Below are positions 40,933 to 49,800 of a DNA stretch of 56,632 nt, piece after piece; position 1 is the stretch's first letter, and the number at the start of each line of letters is the position of its first letter. The DNA comes from Armatimonadota bacterium (lineage in GTDB: Bacteria > Armatimonadota > SYMT01). The stretch is taken from the NCBI GenBank assembly GCA_046292385.1, contig JBKBRF010000041.1, positions 1 to 56,632 of the forward strand, read 5' to 3'. The notes under the pieces were generated by a model. That model was not told the DNA's origin and ran no database searches. It worked only from the letters and a program-made list of their open reading frames with translations. Position numbers and translations under genes: made by a program.

Positions 40933-41991
40933 CTACTCCCCGCCGTCCGCTGCCTCGTCCCCGGTCACTGCGGCGAGCTGCCGCTCCAGCGCCTTCACTC
41001 GCCGCAGCAGCTCCGGCAGCTGCGCGAGGGAGGCCTGGATGCGCACCTCTTCCCGGTGGGCGCGCGCGGGATTGCCGGAGACCTTGGAGCCGGCCGGAAT
41101 GGTGCTCCAGACGCCGGACTGGCCGCCGACCTGCGAGCCGTCACCGACCTTCACGTGCGGGTTTACCCCCGCCTGGCCGCCGATGACGACGCCGTTCCCC
41201 AGCACGGCACTGCCGGCGATGCCCACCTGCGAGACGATAAGGCAGTGGGCGCCGGTGCGGACGTTGTGCGCCACCTGAACCAGGTTGTCGATCTTGGTCC
41301 CCGCCCCGATCACCGTTTCCCCGGTGGTAGCGCGATCGACCGCCGTATGCGCGCCGATCTCCACGTCGTCTTCGATCCGGACGCGGCCGTTGTGCGGCTT
41401 CTTCTGGTGGTGCTTGCCGCTCCACTCGTAGCCGTAGCCGTCCGCGCCGATGACGGCGGAGGCGTGGATCCGCACCCGGGCCCCCAGCACAGTGCGGGGA
41501 TAGAGCACCACCTGCGGGAAGAGCACGGAGCGCGGGCCGATCTCGCAGCGGTCCCCCACCACCACGTGCGGGTGGATCACCGCCCCCTCCGCCACGCGGA
41601 CTCCGGCGCCCAGCGTAGCGTAGGCGCCGACGTGCGCGGTCGGATCGATCTCCGCGCCTTCGCCGATTACCGCGGTCGGATGAATCCCGGCGGGCGGCTG
41701 CTCTTCCCGGTCGAACAGCTCCAGGCACCGGATGAACGCCATCCGCGGGTTCTCCACGCGGATGCACGGTTTGGTGACCGGCCCGAGCGACGGCGGGAGC
41801 AGCAGCGCAGCGGCGGCCGATTCCTCCGCGGCGGCGAGGAAGCGTGAGTGCTCCACGCGGGCAATGGTGCCCGGCAGCGCGTCGGTCAGGTTGGTGGCCC
41901 CGAGGATCGGGAGCGACGCGTCGCCCTCGACCGTGCCGCCGACCACCTCCGCAATCTCCTGGAGCGTCAGGGTTCGCACCGCTTCGCTCAT
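40933..41991 (-). CDS. lpxD: UDP-3-O-acyl-glucosamine N-acyltransferase
   Basis: Hexapeptide repeats, IGADGYGY, GTKIDNLVQVAHNV; ATG overlaps the upstream stop. Confidence 0.95.
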   Translation of the reverse strand: MSEAVRTLTLQEIAEVVGGTVEGDASLPILGATNLTDALPGTIARVEHSRFLAAAEESAAAALLLPPSLGPVTKPCIRVENPRMAFIRCLELFDREEQPPAGIHPTAVIGEGAEIDPTAHVGAYATLGAGVRVAEGAVIHPHVVVGDRCEIGPRSVLFPQVVLYPRTVLGARVRIHASAVIGADGYGYEWSGKHHQKKPHNGRVRIEDDVEIGAHTAVDRATTGETVIGAGTKIDNLVQVAHNVRTGAHCLIVSQVGIAGSAVLGNGVVIGGQAGVNPHVKVGDGSQVGGQSGVWSTIPAGSKVSGNPARAHREEVRIQASLAQLPELLRRVKALERQLAAVTGDEAADGGE

Positions 41992-43196
41992 CGGGCCGCG
42001 CTCCGCGCCGGCGCGGTCAACACGCGCTGTACCCACGGCCTCAGCTCATCCGTCACGTCTCGCTCCTTGCTTCCCGTCGATGCTTCGGTCTGCAGCACGT
42101 ATCCCTGCTGCCGGGCGGCGGCGGCCGCGGCCGCCCGTAAGTCGTCCAGAATGCGCGCCCGCAGCAGCTCGCGCCGCTCCCGAAGCCGCTGCCGCGCGCC
42201 GCGCCACGGCGCGTCGGACAGTTTTCCGGGGAGCCGGCCGGGCTGCTCCGTCAGGGCAGTCATGGCCGCCCGGGCATCCGGCTCCGGCTCGGCTGCCAGT
42301 GCCGGTACTTCCGCGGGGGCCGGCTGCGGGCTGGGGGGCACCTTCCGCGCCCGTTCCAGCGCCTGGCGCTCCAGCTCCGCCAGCCGCCGGCGCGCTTCCG
42401 CGCGGAGTATATCTCGCTTCCGCTCCGCCTCCCGGATCCGCTCCGGGGGAACCTGGGGGGTCGCCGCGGCGCTCTGCGGCTTCACCTGCAGGGCTTTCTC
42501 GAGCCGCAGGCGCCGGTTGTTCTCCAGGATTGCCAGCTCCCGGCGCAGCGCCAGCGCCTCCTCCCGCCGCTGCCGGAGGACTTCCGGGCGGTAGAGCAGG
42601 CCGTCTCCGGGCTTCTCCTCCAGTCCCCGCAGGCGCTGGCGAAGCCGGGAAAGCTGTTCTGCCTCGCGTACGGCCTGCTCCAGGTCGACCGGCTCCTCGT
42701 GGGCCGCCTCGGTCTCCGCGCGGGCGGAAGCGACCTCCCGCCGCAGGCGGTCCAGCTCTTCGGCAAGCCACTCGGCTGCCCGATCCGGCTCCGCCTCTTC
42801 GCGCAGCGCGAAATCGTGCCGGATCTCCGCTTCCGCGCGGCCTTCGGGCGGCTCCACCCGCACCGGCCGCTCGCCCGGAGGGGTCGGCTCCGGAAGGCGG
42901 GCGGAGCTGGGGGGCGGAACCGGCGCCACGCGCTCCATCCGGGTCTTCTCCCCCAGGCGCGCGACCTGGGCGTCGAGCTCCGCGAGATGGGACGCCGCCG
43001 GATGCAGCGGAACGTACGCGGCGAGGCGGACGCGCACCGGCTCCGGCGGAGGGGGCGCGGGCTCGGTCCGGGGAGGCGCGGAGAGGCCGCAGCCGCCCAG
43101 CAGGACGGCGCCGCCTAGAAGAAGGGCAGAGCCCCACGCGGACGACCTGTGCGTTCGCGTGGGGCTCTGCCTCGATCCAGCGAGTTCCGATCTCAC
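41988..43196 (-). CDS. Coiled-coil lipoprotein, possibly Skp/OmpH-like
   Basis: Lipobox-like LLGGC, long helical region, C-terminal RDVTDEL resembling the Skp C-terminus. Confidence 0.6.
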   Translation of the reverse strand: MRSELAGSRQSPTRTHRSSAWGSALLLGGAVLLGGCGLSAPPRTEPAPPPPEPVRVRLAAYVPLHPAASHLAELDAQVARLGEKTRMERVAPVPPPSSARLPEPTPPGERPVRVEPPEGRAEAEIRHDFALREEAEPDRAAEWLAEELDRLRREVASARAETEAAHEEPVDLEQAVREAEQLSRLRQRLRGLEEKPGDGLLYRPEVLRQRREEALALRRELAILENNRRLRLEKALQVKPQSAAATPQVPPERIREAERKRDILRAEARRRLAELERQALERARKVPPSPQPAPAEVPALAAEPEPDARAAMTALTEQPGRLPGKLSDAPWRGARQRLRERRELLRARILDDLRAAAAAAARQQGYVLQTEASTGSKERDVTDELRPWVQRVLTAPARSAAR

Positions 43197-43214
43197 CTGG
43201 AGGTCCGCTTCCGC

Positions 43215-43892
43215 TTACTTGACGGGAGCGCCCATCTTCTTGAGCACTTCGTTGGTGAGATCGGCCCCGCCGTGCAGCACGGCCTGGCGGTCCATCACCA
43301 CCTCGATGTCCTTCTTCTCGGCCACGTCCTTCACGTAGTCCAGGACCTTCTTCTGCATTCCGTCCAGGACTTCGACTTCCATCTGCTGGAGGACGGTGGC
43401 GCGCTTCTCAGTCTCGACCTGGAGCGAGGCCAGGCTGTCTTCCCGCAGCTTGTGGAGCTCGTCAAAGCGGGACTTCTGCTCCGCCGTGTGCTTCTCCGTC
43501 TGCACCAGGCCGTTGTACTCCTGGTCCAGCGTGTTGCTCTTGGTCTCCAGCGCCCCGATCCGCGACTTCTCCTGCTCGGTCGGCTTGGGCTTGGCGCGGA
43601 GGGTATCCAGCTCTTCCCGCTCGGCCTTGGTCAGGTAGCGGAGCTTGGTAAGGCCCTCGATCTCACTGCGCAGCTTGGCCTTGGTGTCCTCGAACTTCTT
43701 AACGGAGACCTGCCACTCCGCGGTCGTCTTGATCTGGTCCGTGATCTGGTTTAGATCGACGAACCCGACTGCCGTGGCGCCTTTCTGGCCCTTGCCCTGC
43801 GCCACCGCCATGCCGGGCGCCACGACGGCGCCGGCGATTCCCACCGCCAGCAGACCGGCCACTACTCCTCCGGCCCAATCTCTGATTGCCAT
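43215..43892 (-). CDS. skp: OmpH/Skp outer-membrane chaperone
   Basis: Signal peptide, VGFVDL, coiled coil, VAEKKDIEVVMD..GGADLTNEVLKKM; GAGGAGG before ATG 43892. Confidence 0.88.
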   Translation of the reverse strand: MAIRDWAGGVVAGLLAVGIAGAVVAPGMAVAQGKGQKGATAVGFVDLNQITDQIKTTAEWQVSVKKFEDTKAKLRSEIEGLTKLRYLTKAEREELDTLRAKPKPTEQEKSRIGALETKSNTLDQEYNGLVQTEKHTAEQKSRFDELHKLREDSLASLQVETEKRATVLQQMEVEVLDGMQKKVLDYVKDVAEKKDIEVVMDRQAVLHGGADLTNEVLKKMGAPVK

Positions 43893-44067
43893 CTCACAAC
43901 CTCCTCGAACCATCCCGCCGCTTCGGCGGATTGCCGGCCGTGTTCTCGCGCCGCACGGTCTGCCGGAACCGGAAAGCCGGAAAGAGCGAGGGGTGTCCGT
44001 GTTGCCCCACTCGCTCTCGCCATGCTTTCCGATAACCGGCACAGTTCCGCCGGGTCGGGGAGAAGCG

Positions 44068-45975
44068 CTAGAACGCGTGTCCGATGCTAAAGTGGGTCCG
44101 GCCGCCTTCTTCGCCGTAGCCGAAGTCGAGGCGGATAGGCCCGATGGGGGTAGCTACCCGGAGCCCGATCCCAATCGCAGCGAACGGACGGATCCCGTCG
44201 TGCTGGGCGAAGTCCGTCCGCAGCTGACGCCGGTTGAAGCGGAACTCGCTCTGCGAGCCGAACGCGTCGCCGACGTCGATGAAGAGCACACCCGTAATAC
44301 GATTCATGATCGGCCGACGGTACTCTACGCTGGCGAGATACATGTGGTTCCCCCAGAAGCGGTCTTCCAGGTAGCCCCGCAGCGTCTCCGCGCCGCCCAT
44401 GAAGTACTGCTCGAAGAACGGCACCTCGCCGATCACCGTCCCCGCCAGGAAGCGGAACGCCAGCACCGGAGTCTTCTGGGCCTCCTGCTCGCGCTGCGGC
44501 TCCGTCACGGCCTTCAGCTTCTTCAGCGCGACGTACCGGCGGTAGTCGAAGATCAGCTTGTTAAAGATCGCGCTGTCGAACGAGTCGGCATTCGACTCGT
44601 CCAGCGTGGCGTGACCGACCTCCGCCGTGGCCCGGACGAACTGGCCTTGCGTGGGGTTGTTCGGGTAGTCGCGCGTGTTCCAGACCCGCTGCACGAACCC
44701 GGCCACCACGGTGCCGTCCTGGCGCGGGAAGTCGAGCTGTCGGTTCGGCAGCTCGCCGGTGTTGACGTCATCATAGCGGAATCCGACGGTCACGGGGAGC
44801 TGGAACGGTCTGCCGAAGCTGATCTGCCCGCCCAGGCGCCGCTCGAAGTAGCGGTCCCGGTCATCGAAGTTGGTGAGCTGCCGGGAGAAGCGCCAGATCA
44901 GCTTGTCGTACAGGCTCACCGTCATCGAGGTGCGGGTGGAAGTGAGCCACGGCTCGTGGAACTGGAGCTCGATGCTCGGCCGGCCGTCGCCGCCCCAGGA
45001 GCCGATCTCGCCGGAGATGCTGACGCTCTGTCCCTTGCCGCGGAAGTTCTGATCCGCCAGCTCGGCGCGGCCGATGAGGCGCTGGCGCGGGCTGTACCCG
45101 GCACCGAAGGAAACCTGGCCGGTCCGCTTCTCGCTCAGCTTCCAGGTGACGTTGACGGTGTCGAGCTCCTCGCCCGGCGTCACTTCGGGGTCGATCGCCT
45201 CGAAATAGCCCAGCGCGCTCAGGCGGCGATAGTCGCCCTCCAGCTTGGTGCGCGTGTAGGCCTCGCCCGGCTTCAGGGAGAGCTCTCGCATCACCACGTA
45301 GGTGCGCGTCTTGTGCGTCTCCTCCGTGCGGACGACGTTGCCTTCCTTGTCTTTGATCTCCCGGGTGGGCCACTGGATCCTGACGTTGGCGACCTTCACC
45401 TCGTGGATCTCGGCCCGCAGAATACCCTGGTCCCGGAACTCTTCGTAGCCCGGCGCGCCCGGCTCGGTGTTGTCCGTCACGCGCGCCACGAAGCCCTTGT
45501 CCGAATAGAGCCGGACGATGTTCTGAACGTCCTCGCGCCACTGCACGCGGTTGAACACCTGCGGCGCCTCCGCGGTGCCGGCGCGCGTTCGGATCGCGTT
45601 CAGAACCTGCTCCTCGGTGTAGAGGGTGTTGCCGGTGATGTTGAGCTGCGTGATCACCGGGTTCTCGGTGACGAGGAAGGACACCTTGACGCCGGTGTTC
45701 CCCACCGGGCTCGGCACCATCGCCACCGACTGGAACCAGCCCATCTGCTCGATAAGCACCCGGTCGCGCTCGGCACGCTCGATCGAGAACTCGTCTCCGA
45801 CCCTGGTGCTGATGACGGCCCGGATCGCCTGCTCGTTGATGCGCTGGTTACCGCGGATTTCGACTTCCGTCACCCGCCGCGCCTGCGCGAGGGCCGGCAC
45901 CGCCGCGAGCAGCATCACGGCCAGTGTAAAGAGAAAGATACCCCAACTGCGCGCACCGCGCTTGATCACGCTCAT
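44068..45975 (-). CDS. bamA: Omp85/BamA-family outer-membrane assembly protein (about 3 POTRA domains plus barrel)
   Basis: Signal peptide, VEIRGN/ITGNT POTRA starts, GGAETLRGY, PIGPIRLDFG, terminal Phe. Confidence 0.88.
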   Translation of the reverse strand: MSVIKRGARSWGIFLFTLAVMLLAAVPALAQARRVTEVEIRGNQRINEQAIRAVISTRVGDEFSIERAERDRVLIEQMGWFQSVAMVPSPVGNTGVKVSFLVTENPVITQLNITGNTLYTEEQVLNAIRTRAGTAEAPQVFNRVQWREDVQNIVRLYSDKGFVARVTDNTEPGAPGYEEFRDQGILRAEIHEVKVANVRIQWPTREIKDKEGNVVRTEETHKTRTYVVMRELSLKPGEAYTRTKLEGDYRRLSALGYFEAIDPEVTPGEELDTVNVTWKLSEKRTGQVSFGAGYSPRQRLIGRAELADQNFRGKGQSVSISGEIGSWGGDGRPSIELQFHEPWLTSTRTSMTVSLYDKLIWRFSRQLTNFDDRDRYFERRLGGQISFGRPFQLPVTVGFRYDDVNTGELPNRQLDFPRQDGTVVAGFVQRVWNTRDYPNNPTQGQFVRATAEVGHATLDESNADSFDSAIFNKLIFDYRRYVALKKLKAVTEPQREQEAQKTPVLAFRFLAGTVIGEVPFFEQYFMGGAETLRGYLEDRFWGNHMYLASVEYRRPIMNRITGVLFIDVGDAFGSQSEFRFNRRQLRTDFAQHDGIRPFAAIGIGLRVATPIGPIRLDFGYGEEGGRTHFSIGHAF

Positions 45976-46117
45976 GTGACGCGCTCCTCCTTCTAGTTAG
46001 CCAGGCGTCCATCGCTCCCGAGGACCGGGTCCGATTCACTTAGTTGGTTGTTAAGGGCTCGCTCCCCAGACGCACGCGCAACTATAGCCTGATTGGCCAG
46101 GCGCGGCATACGGAAAG

Positions 46118-46807
46118 CTAGCTGCGCAAGTACGCCTCCACCTTGCGGCGCAGCATCAGGCGGCCGCGGTGGATGCGTGTCTTGACGGCTTCCAGGCTCA
46201 AGCCGGTGGCCTGCGCGATGTCCTGGTAGGGCAGGTGCTGCAGGTCACATAAGATAATCACTTCGCGGTAGTCGTCGGGTAGCGACGCGATGGCGCGAAG
46301 CACGTAGCGGTACGTCTCGTTGCGGATCAGCACGTCCTGGGGCGACTGGTCCCAGTCCGGGATCTCCAGAGGCCGGAACTCCTCGTCCGCGTGGGTCGGC
46401 GCGTCGAGCGAGGGGCCTTCCACGGTCCGCCGGCGGTCGCGCTGACGGAAGCGGTTCTTGCATTGATTCAGCGCGATCTGGCACAGCCAGGTGTGAATCT
46501 TGCAATCACCGCGAAACGTGGGGAAGCTCTTGAAGGCGTTTACGAAGGTCTCCTGCGTCAGGTCCTCGGCTTCCTCCCGGTCGCCGATCTGACGCAGTAC
46601 GAGATTGAAGATCTTGCGCTCGTACTTCTCGACGATCTGCTCGAAGCTAAGCAGCCGATCCTCATCCTCCGGAACCGCGGTCGTCTCTGCCTCGTCCGTT
46701 ATTTCGCGGGGCTCCGCGCGGACCCCGGGCGGCGCCAGCACAGCGTCACCTCCAGCGCCCACACAGTCCCCCGCCGCTTGATTATTGCTTCGTTCTGCAG
46801 CACCCAT
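46118..46807 (-). CDS. ECF-type sigma-70 factor
   Basis: AEDLTQETF, TWLCQIALN, YQDIA..LEAVKTRIHRGR. Confidence 0.92.
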   Translation of the reverse strand: MGAAERSNNQAAGDCVGAGGDAVLAPPGVRAEPREITDEAETTAVPEDEDRLLSFEQIVEKYERKIFNLVLRQIGDREEAEDLTQETFVNAFKSFPTFRGDCKIHTWLCQIALNQCKNRFRQRDRRRTVEGPSLDAPTHADEEFRPLEIPDWDQSPQDVLIRNETYRYVLRAIASLPDDYREVIILCDLQHLPYQDIAQATGLSLEAVKTRIHRGRLMLRRKVEAYLRS

Positions 46808-46834
46808 TTGGAAGCTGGGGCCGCGTTGCCCCGG

Positions 46835-49800
46835 TCAGAAGGAGAAGGTACCGCTGAAGAACAGCACCTGGCGGTCGAACGGTTCCTCCTGGCGGTACCC
46901 GATTCGGAGCTGCGGACTTAAACGGTAGTACAGCTCGAACTGGCGCTGCGACGTGTTGCCGACGCCGAATTCCTGCGTAACGGTGCCGTAAAGCGGTCCG
47001 AACAGCCTCTTCCCGAGGCGCACGCGGAGCGGCTGGGACACCCCAAGATCCAGAGCGAAAACATCCAGCCCGAGCGCAGACTGTAGAGCTTCCTCGATCC
47101 GCCCGGTTACGGCGGAGCCTACGCTGGCGGAGAAGGCCTGTTCGAGCTGCCCCCCCAGGGTCTCTACTACATTTGACCCACTGGCCTCAAATCCTTCCAC
47201 CCCAAGCTGCTGTCGAATTAATGCCTCAATTTCCCCTCCGGGCAGCGGGGGCTCCGTTCGCACGCTGAGCTGGAGACCTCCCTCGTCGCCGAAGGAGAGC
47301 GACCCGGGCCTGCGGATCGGGCTGGTCTCCAGGTCGCTCGCGGCCGTGGCCTGGCCGAGCGGCGTTCCCTGGATGCGAAACGTGGCGTCGTAATATCTCG
47401 AGTCGAGGGCGGTGGTCCGGAGCACGCGCAGGGTGGTGCTGCCGGAGATATCGACATAGACCGGCGGCGGCGCGGGCACGTCGAAGTCCCGCTCCCGCGC
47501 GTCGTAGCTGATCCGCAGCAGTCCCTCGACGTTGCGGAGGCGCATTCCGGGCAGGGTAATCGAGCCGCGGATCACGCGCAGATCCCCCTGGACCAGCGGG
47601 TTGAGCAGGGTTCCCTGGGCGTGGAGCGAATCGGCCAGGTTGAAGCGCACCTGCGCGTTTCGCAGCCGCACGTTCTCCCCCGCGAAGATGCGCAGGTCGA
47701 GCCTGGGATTGAACGGCAGCGGCTCCGACTCTCGCGGCGGCAACGAGCGGAGCGCGAGCAGCAGGCTCGCGTCGTCGACTCGCACGCCGCCCGCGATGGT
47801 GGGGTTGTCCCAGGGGCCGCGGATGGTGATCGGAGCCGGAGCCTCGGGTTGGGTCGGCTCCACACTCTGGAGGGTGCCTTCGGCGCGGGTGCCTTCCAGC
47901 GCCGCGGCGACCGTGCCGAGCTTCCGCTCGACGAACCGCACACCGTCGATCCGCAGCGCCAGGTCGAGCATCGCCCCGCTCTCGTCCGGCCCGGCTCCCA
48001 GGCGCACGGTGCCGCTGCCGGTGAGCCGTCCGCCCCGGCTGCTCTCCGCGGAGAGCTCCGCCACCCGCAGGCGGTCCCCCTCCAGCTGGAGCCGCGCCCG
48101 GAGCGCCTTCACTTCGGTCTGGAGGCTGCCGACCGCCAACCGCTCCGCCGCCACGAAGAGCTCGCCGTTGTTGTTCGGCACGCGGGCACTGCCGCCCAGG
48201 GTCACGTCGCCGCGCACCACTCCCTCTACCGCCGCCACGCGCCGCAGCAGCGCCGTGATCGGCCGGACCCGCTCCGCTTCCGCGGCACCCACCTCGTGGG
48301 CGCGCTCGTCAGCCCGGTTCGCCAGCCGGGTAAACGCCGAGAGCGGCATCTCCGGCAACTCCACCCGGATCTTCCGGGGGCGGTCTTCCGGAATGCTCAG
48401 CTCGGGCCAGGTGAGCGGGACCGTTCCCCCGATCGCGAGCCGCGCTTCCGCCGGCGAATCCTCCGCCCGGCTGGTGAGCACCGCCGAGCCGATGCTCAGC
48501 TCGGAGCGGGCCCCGCTGTACCGTCCACCCTCCACCTCGATACTGTCGAACGGAAGCCCACCCAGCACCGGGTGTGCAACTTTACCCCCGAAAACTAGAT
48601 CAGGCTGCTCCCGCGTCCCGGTCAGCTCAGCCTGGAAAGTGAGCACGCCGTCCAGCGGCTCGAGCCGCGCCAGCCGCTCTTTCAGGCCCGGGATGCCGAG
48701 CTCCGCCAGCGTGTGGAGCTGAACCTCCTCCGCCGTGCCGGAGAAACGCAGGGTACTGGGTGCCCCGTCCTCCTCCGTCAGTCGCTCGCCGGTGACGGTG
48801 AACGTGCCGGTGCCCGCCTGCTGCCACCGAAGCTGCTCCACCTTGAACCGGCCGGGGGTGTAGTTGACGCGGGCGTTGAGGGTGCCGGCGTCCGCTCCGG
48901 GGCGGAGCACCAGATCCGGCACGCTGGCGCTCGCTTGCAAACGCGCCGCTCCCGCGCGGGCGGCGAGGTGCCGGCTGATCTCCGAGAGCGATCGATTCTC
49001 GATCCCGCCTTCCAGCGGCAGATCGAGCTGGAGCGAGACGCGCCCGTCCAGGCCGGTAGGGAGCTGCTCCAGCGAGCTGCGGAGCTCGGCCCCATCCGCG
49101 GAGCGATAGGCGGCGCTCGCCTCCACCAGCTCGCGGACGGCGGCGATCCGGACCCCGGAGACGCGCGCCGTGAAGGCGAGGCGCTGAATCAGCGGTTGGT
49201 GGGCGCTCTGGCCTGCGTCAACCGATTTGGCCAGCAGGAGGGCCGCATAGGGGAGCTCCACCTCGCCCCCCGCCAGGCGGAGGCGGGCGACGTGCACCCG
49301 CGCGGCGCCGGGTCGCCCCGCTACCCGGAACGGATTCGCCCCGACCGGCTCCTCGTTTAGACGGGTGCCCGCGAGGGTGAGGTCGGCGACGATCTCCGGA
49401 GCGCCGACCGTCCCGCTCGCCCGCACCCGAGCCAGCCGCAGCGTGCCGGAGGGACGCGCCTGCTCCAGAAGCTCCGGGGCGTAGCGTCGCGCCAGCCGCA
49501 GCAGGTCGAGGTCGCGACCCTCGATCCGGAGGTCGATCGCCGCATCCTGCGCTTCGAGCTTTCCATCCACCGGCTCGGGCAGGCTCACGGTGCCCTCGAT
49601 CGAGGCACTCAGCTCCTCCGATCGCGCGTTGCCTTTCGTGATCTCCAGGCGCCGGGCTGTCGTATCCACCCGCCCGACAAGCTCGACCCTCCCCAGGTCG
49701 ATACCCTGGGCTACAAGCCGCGGCGAGGCGACCTGGAACTGAACCGCGAGCGCATCCACCGGTCCCCGGACGGAGAGCCGAACCGGCTCCAGGTCGCCGC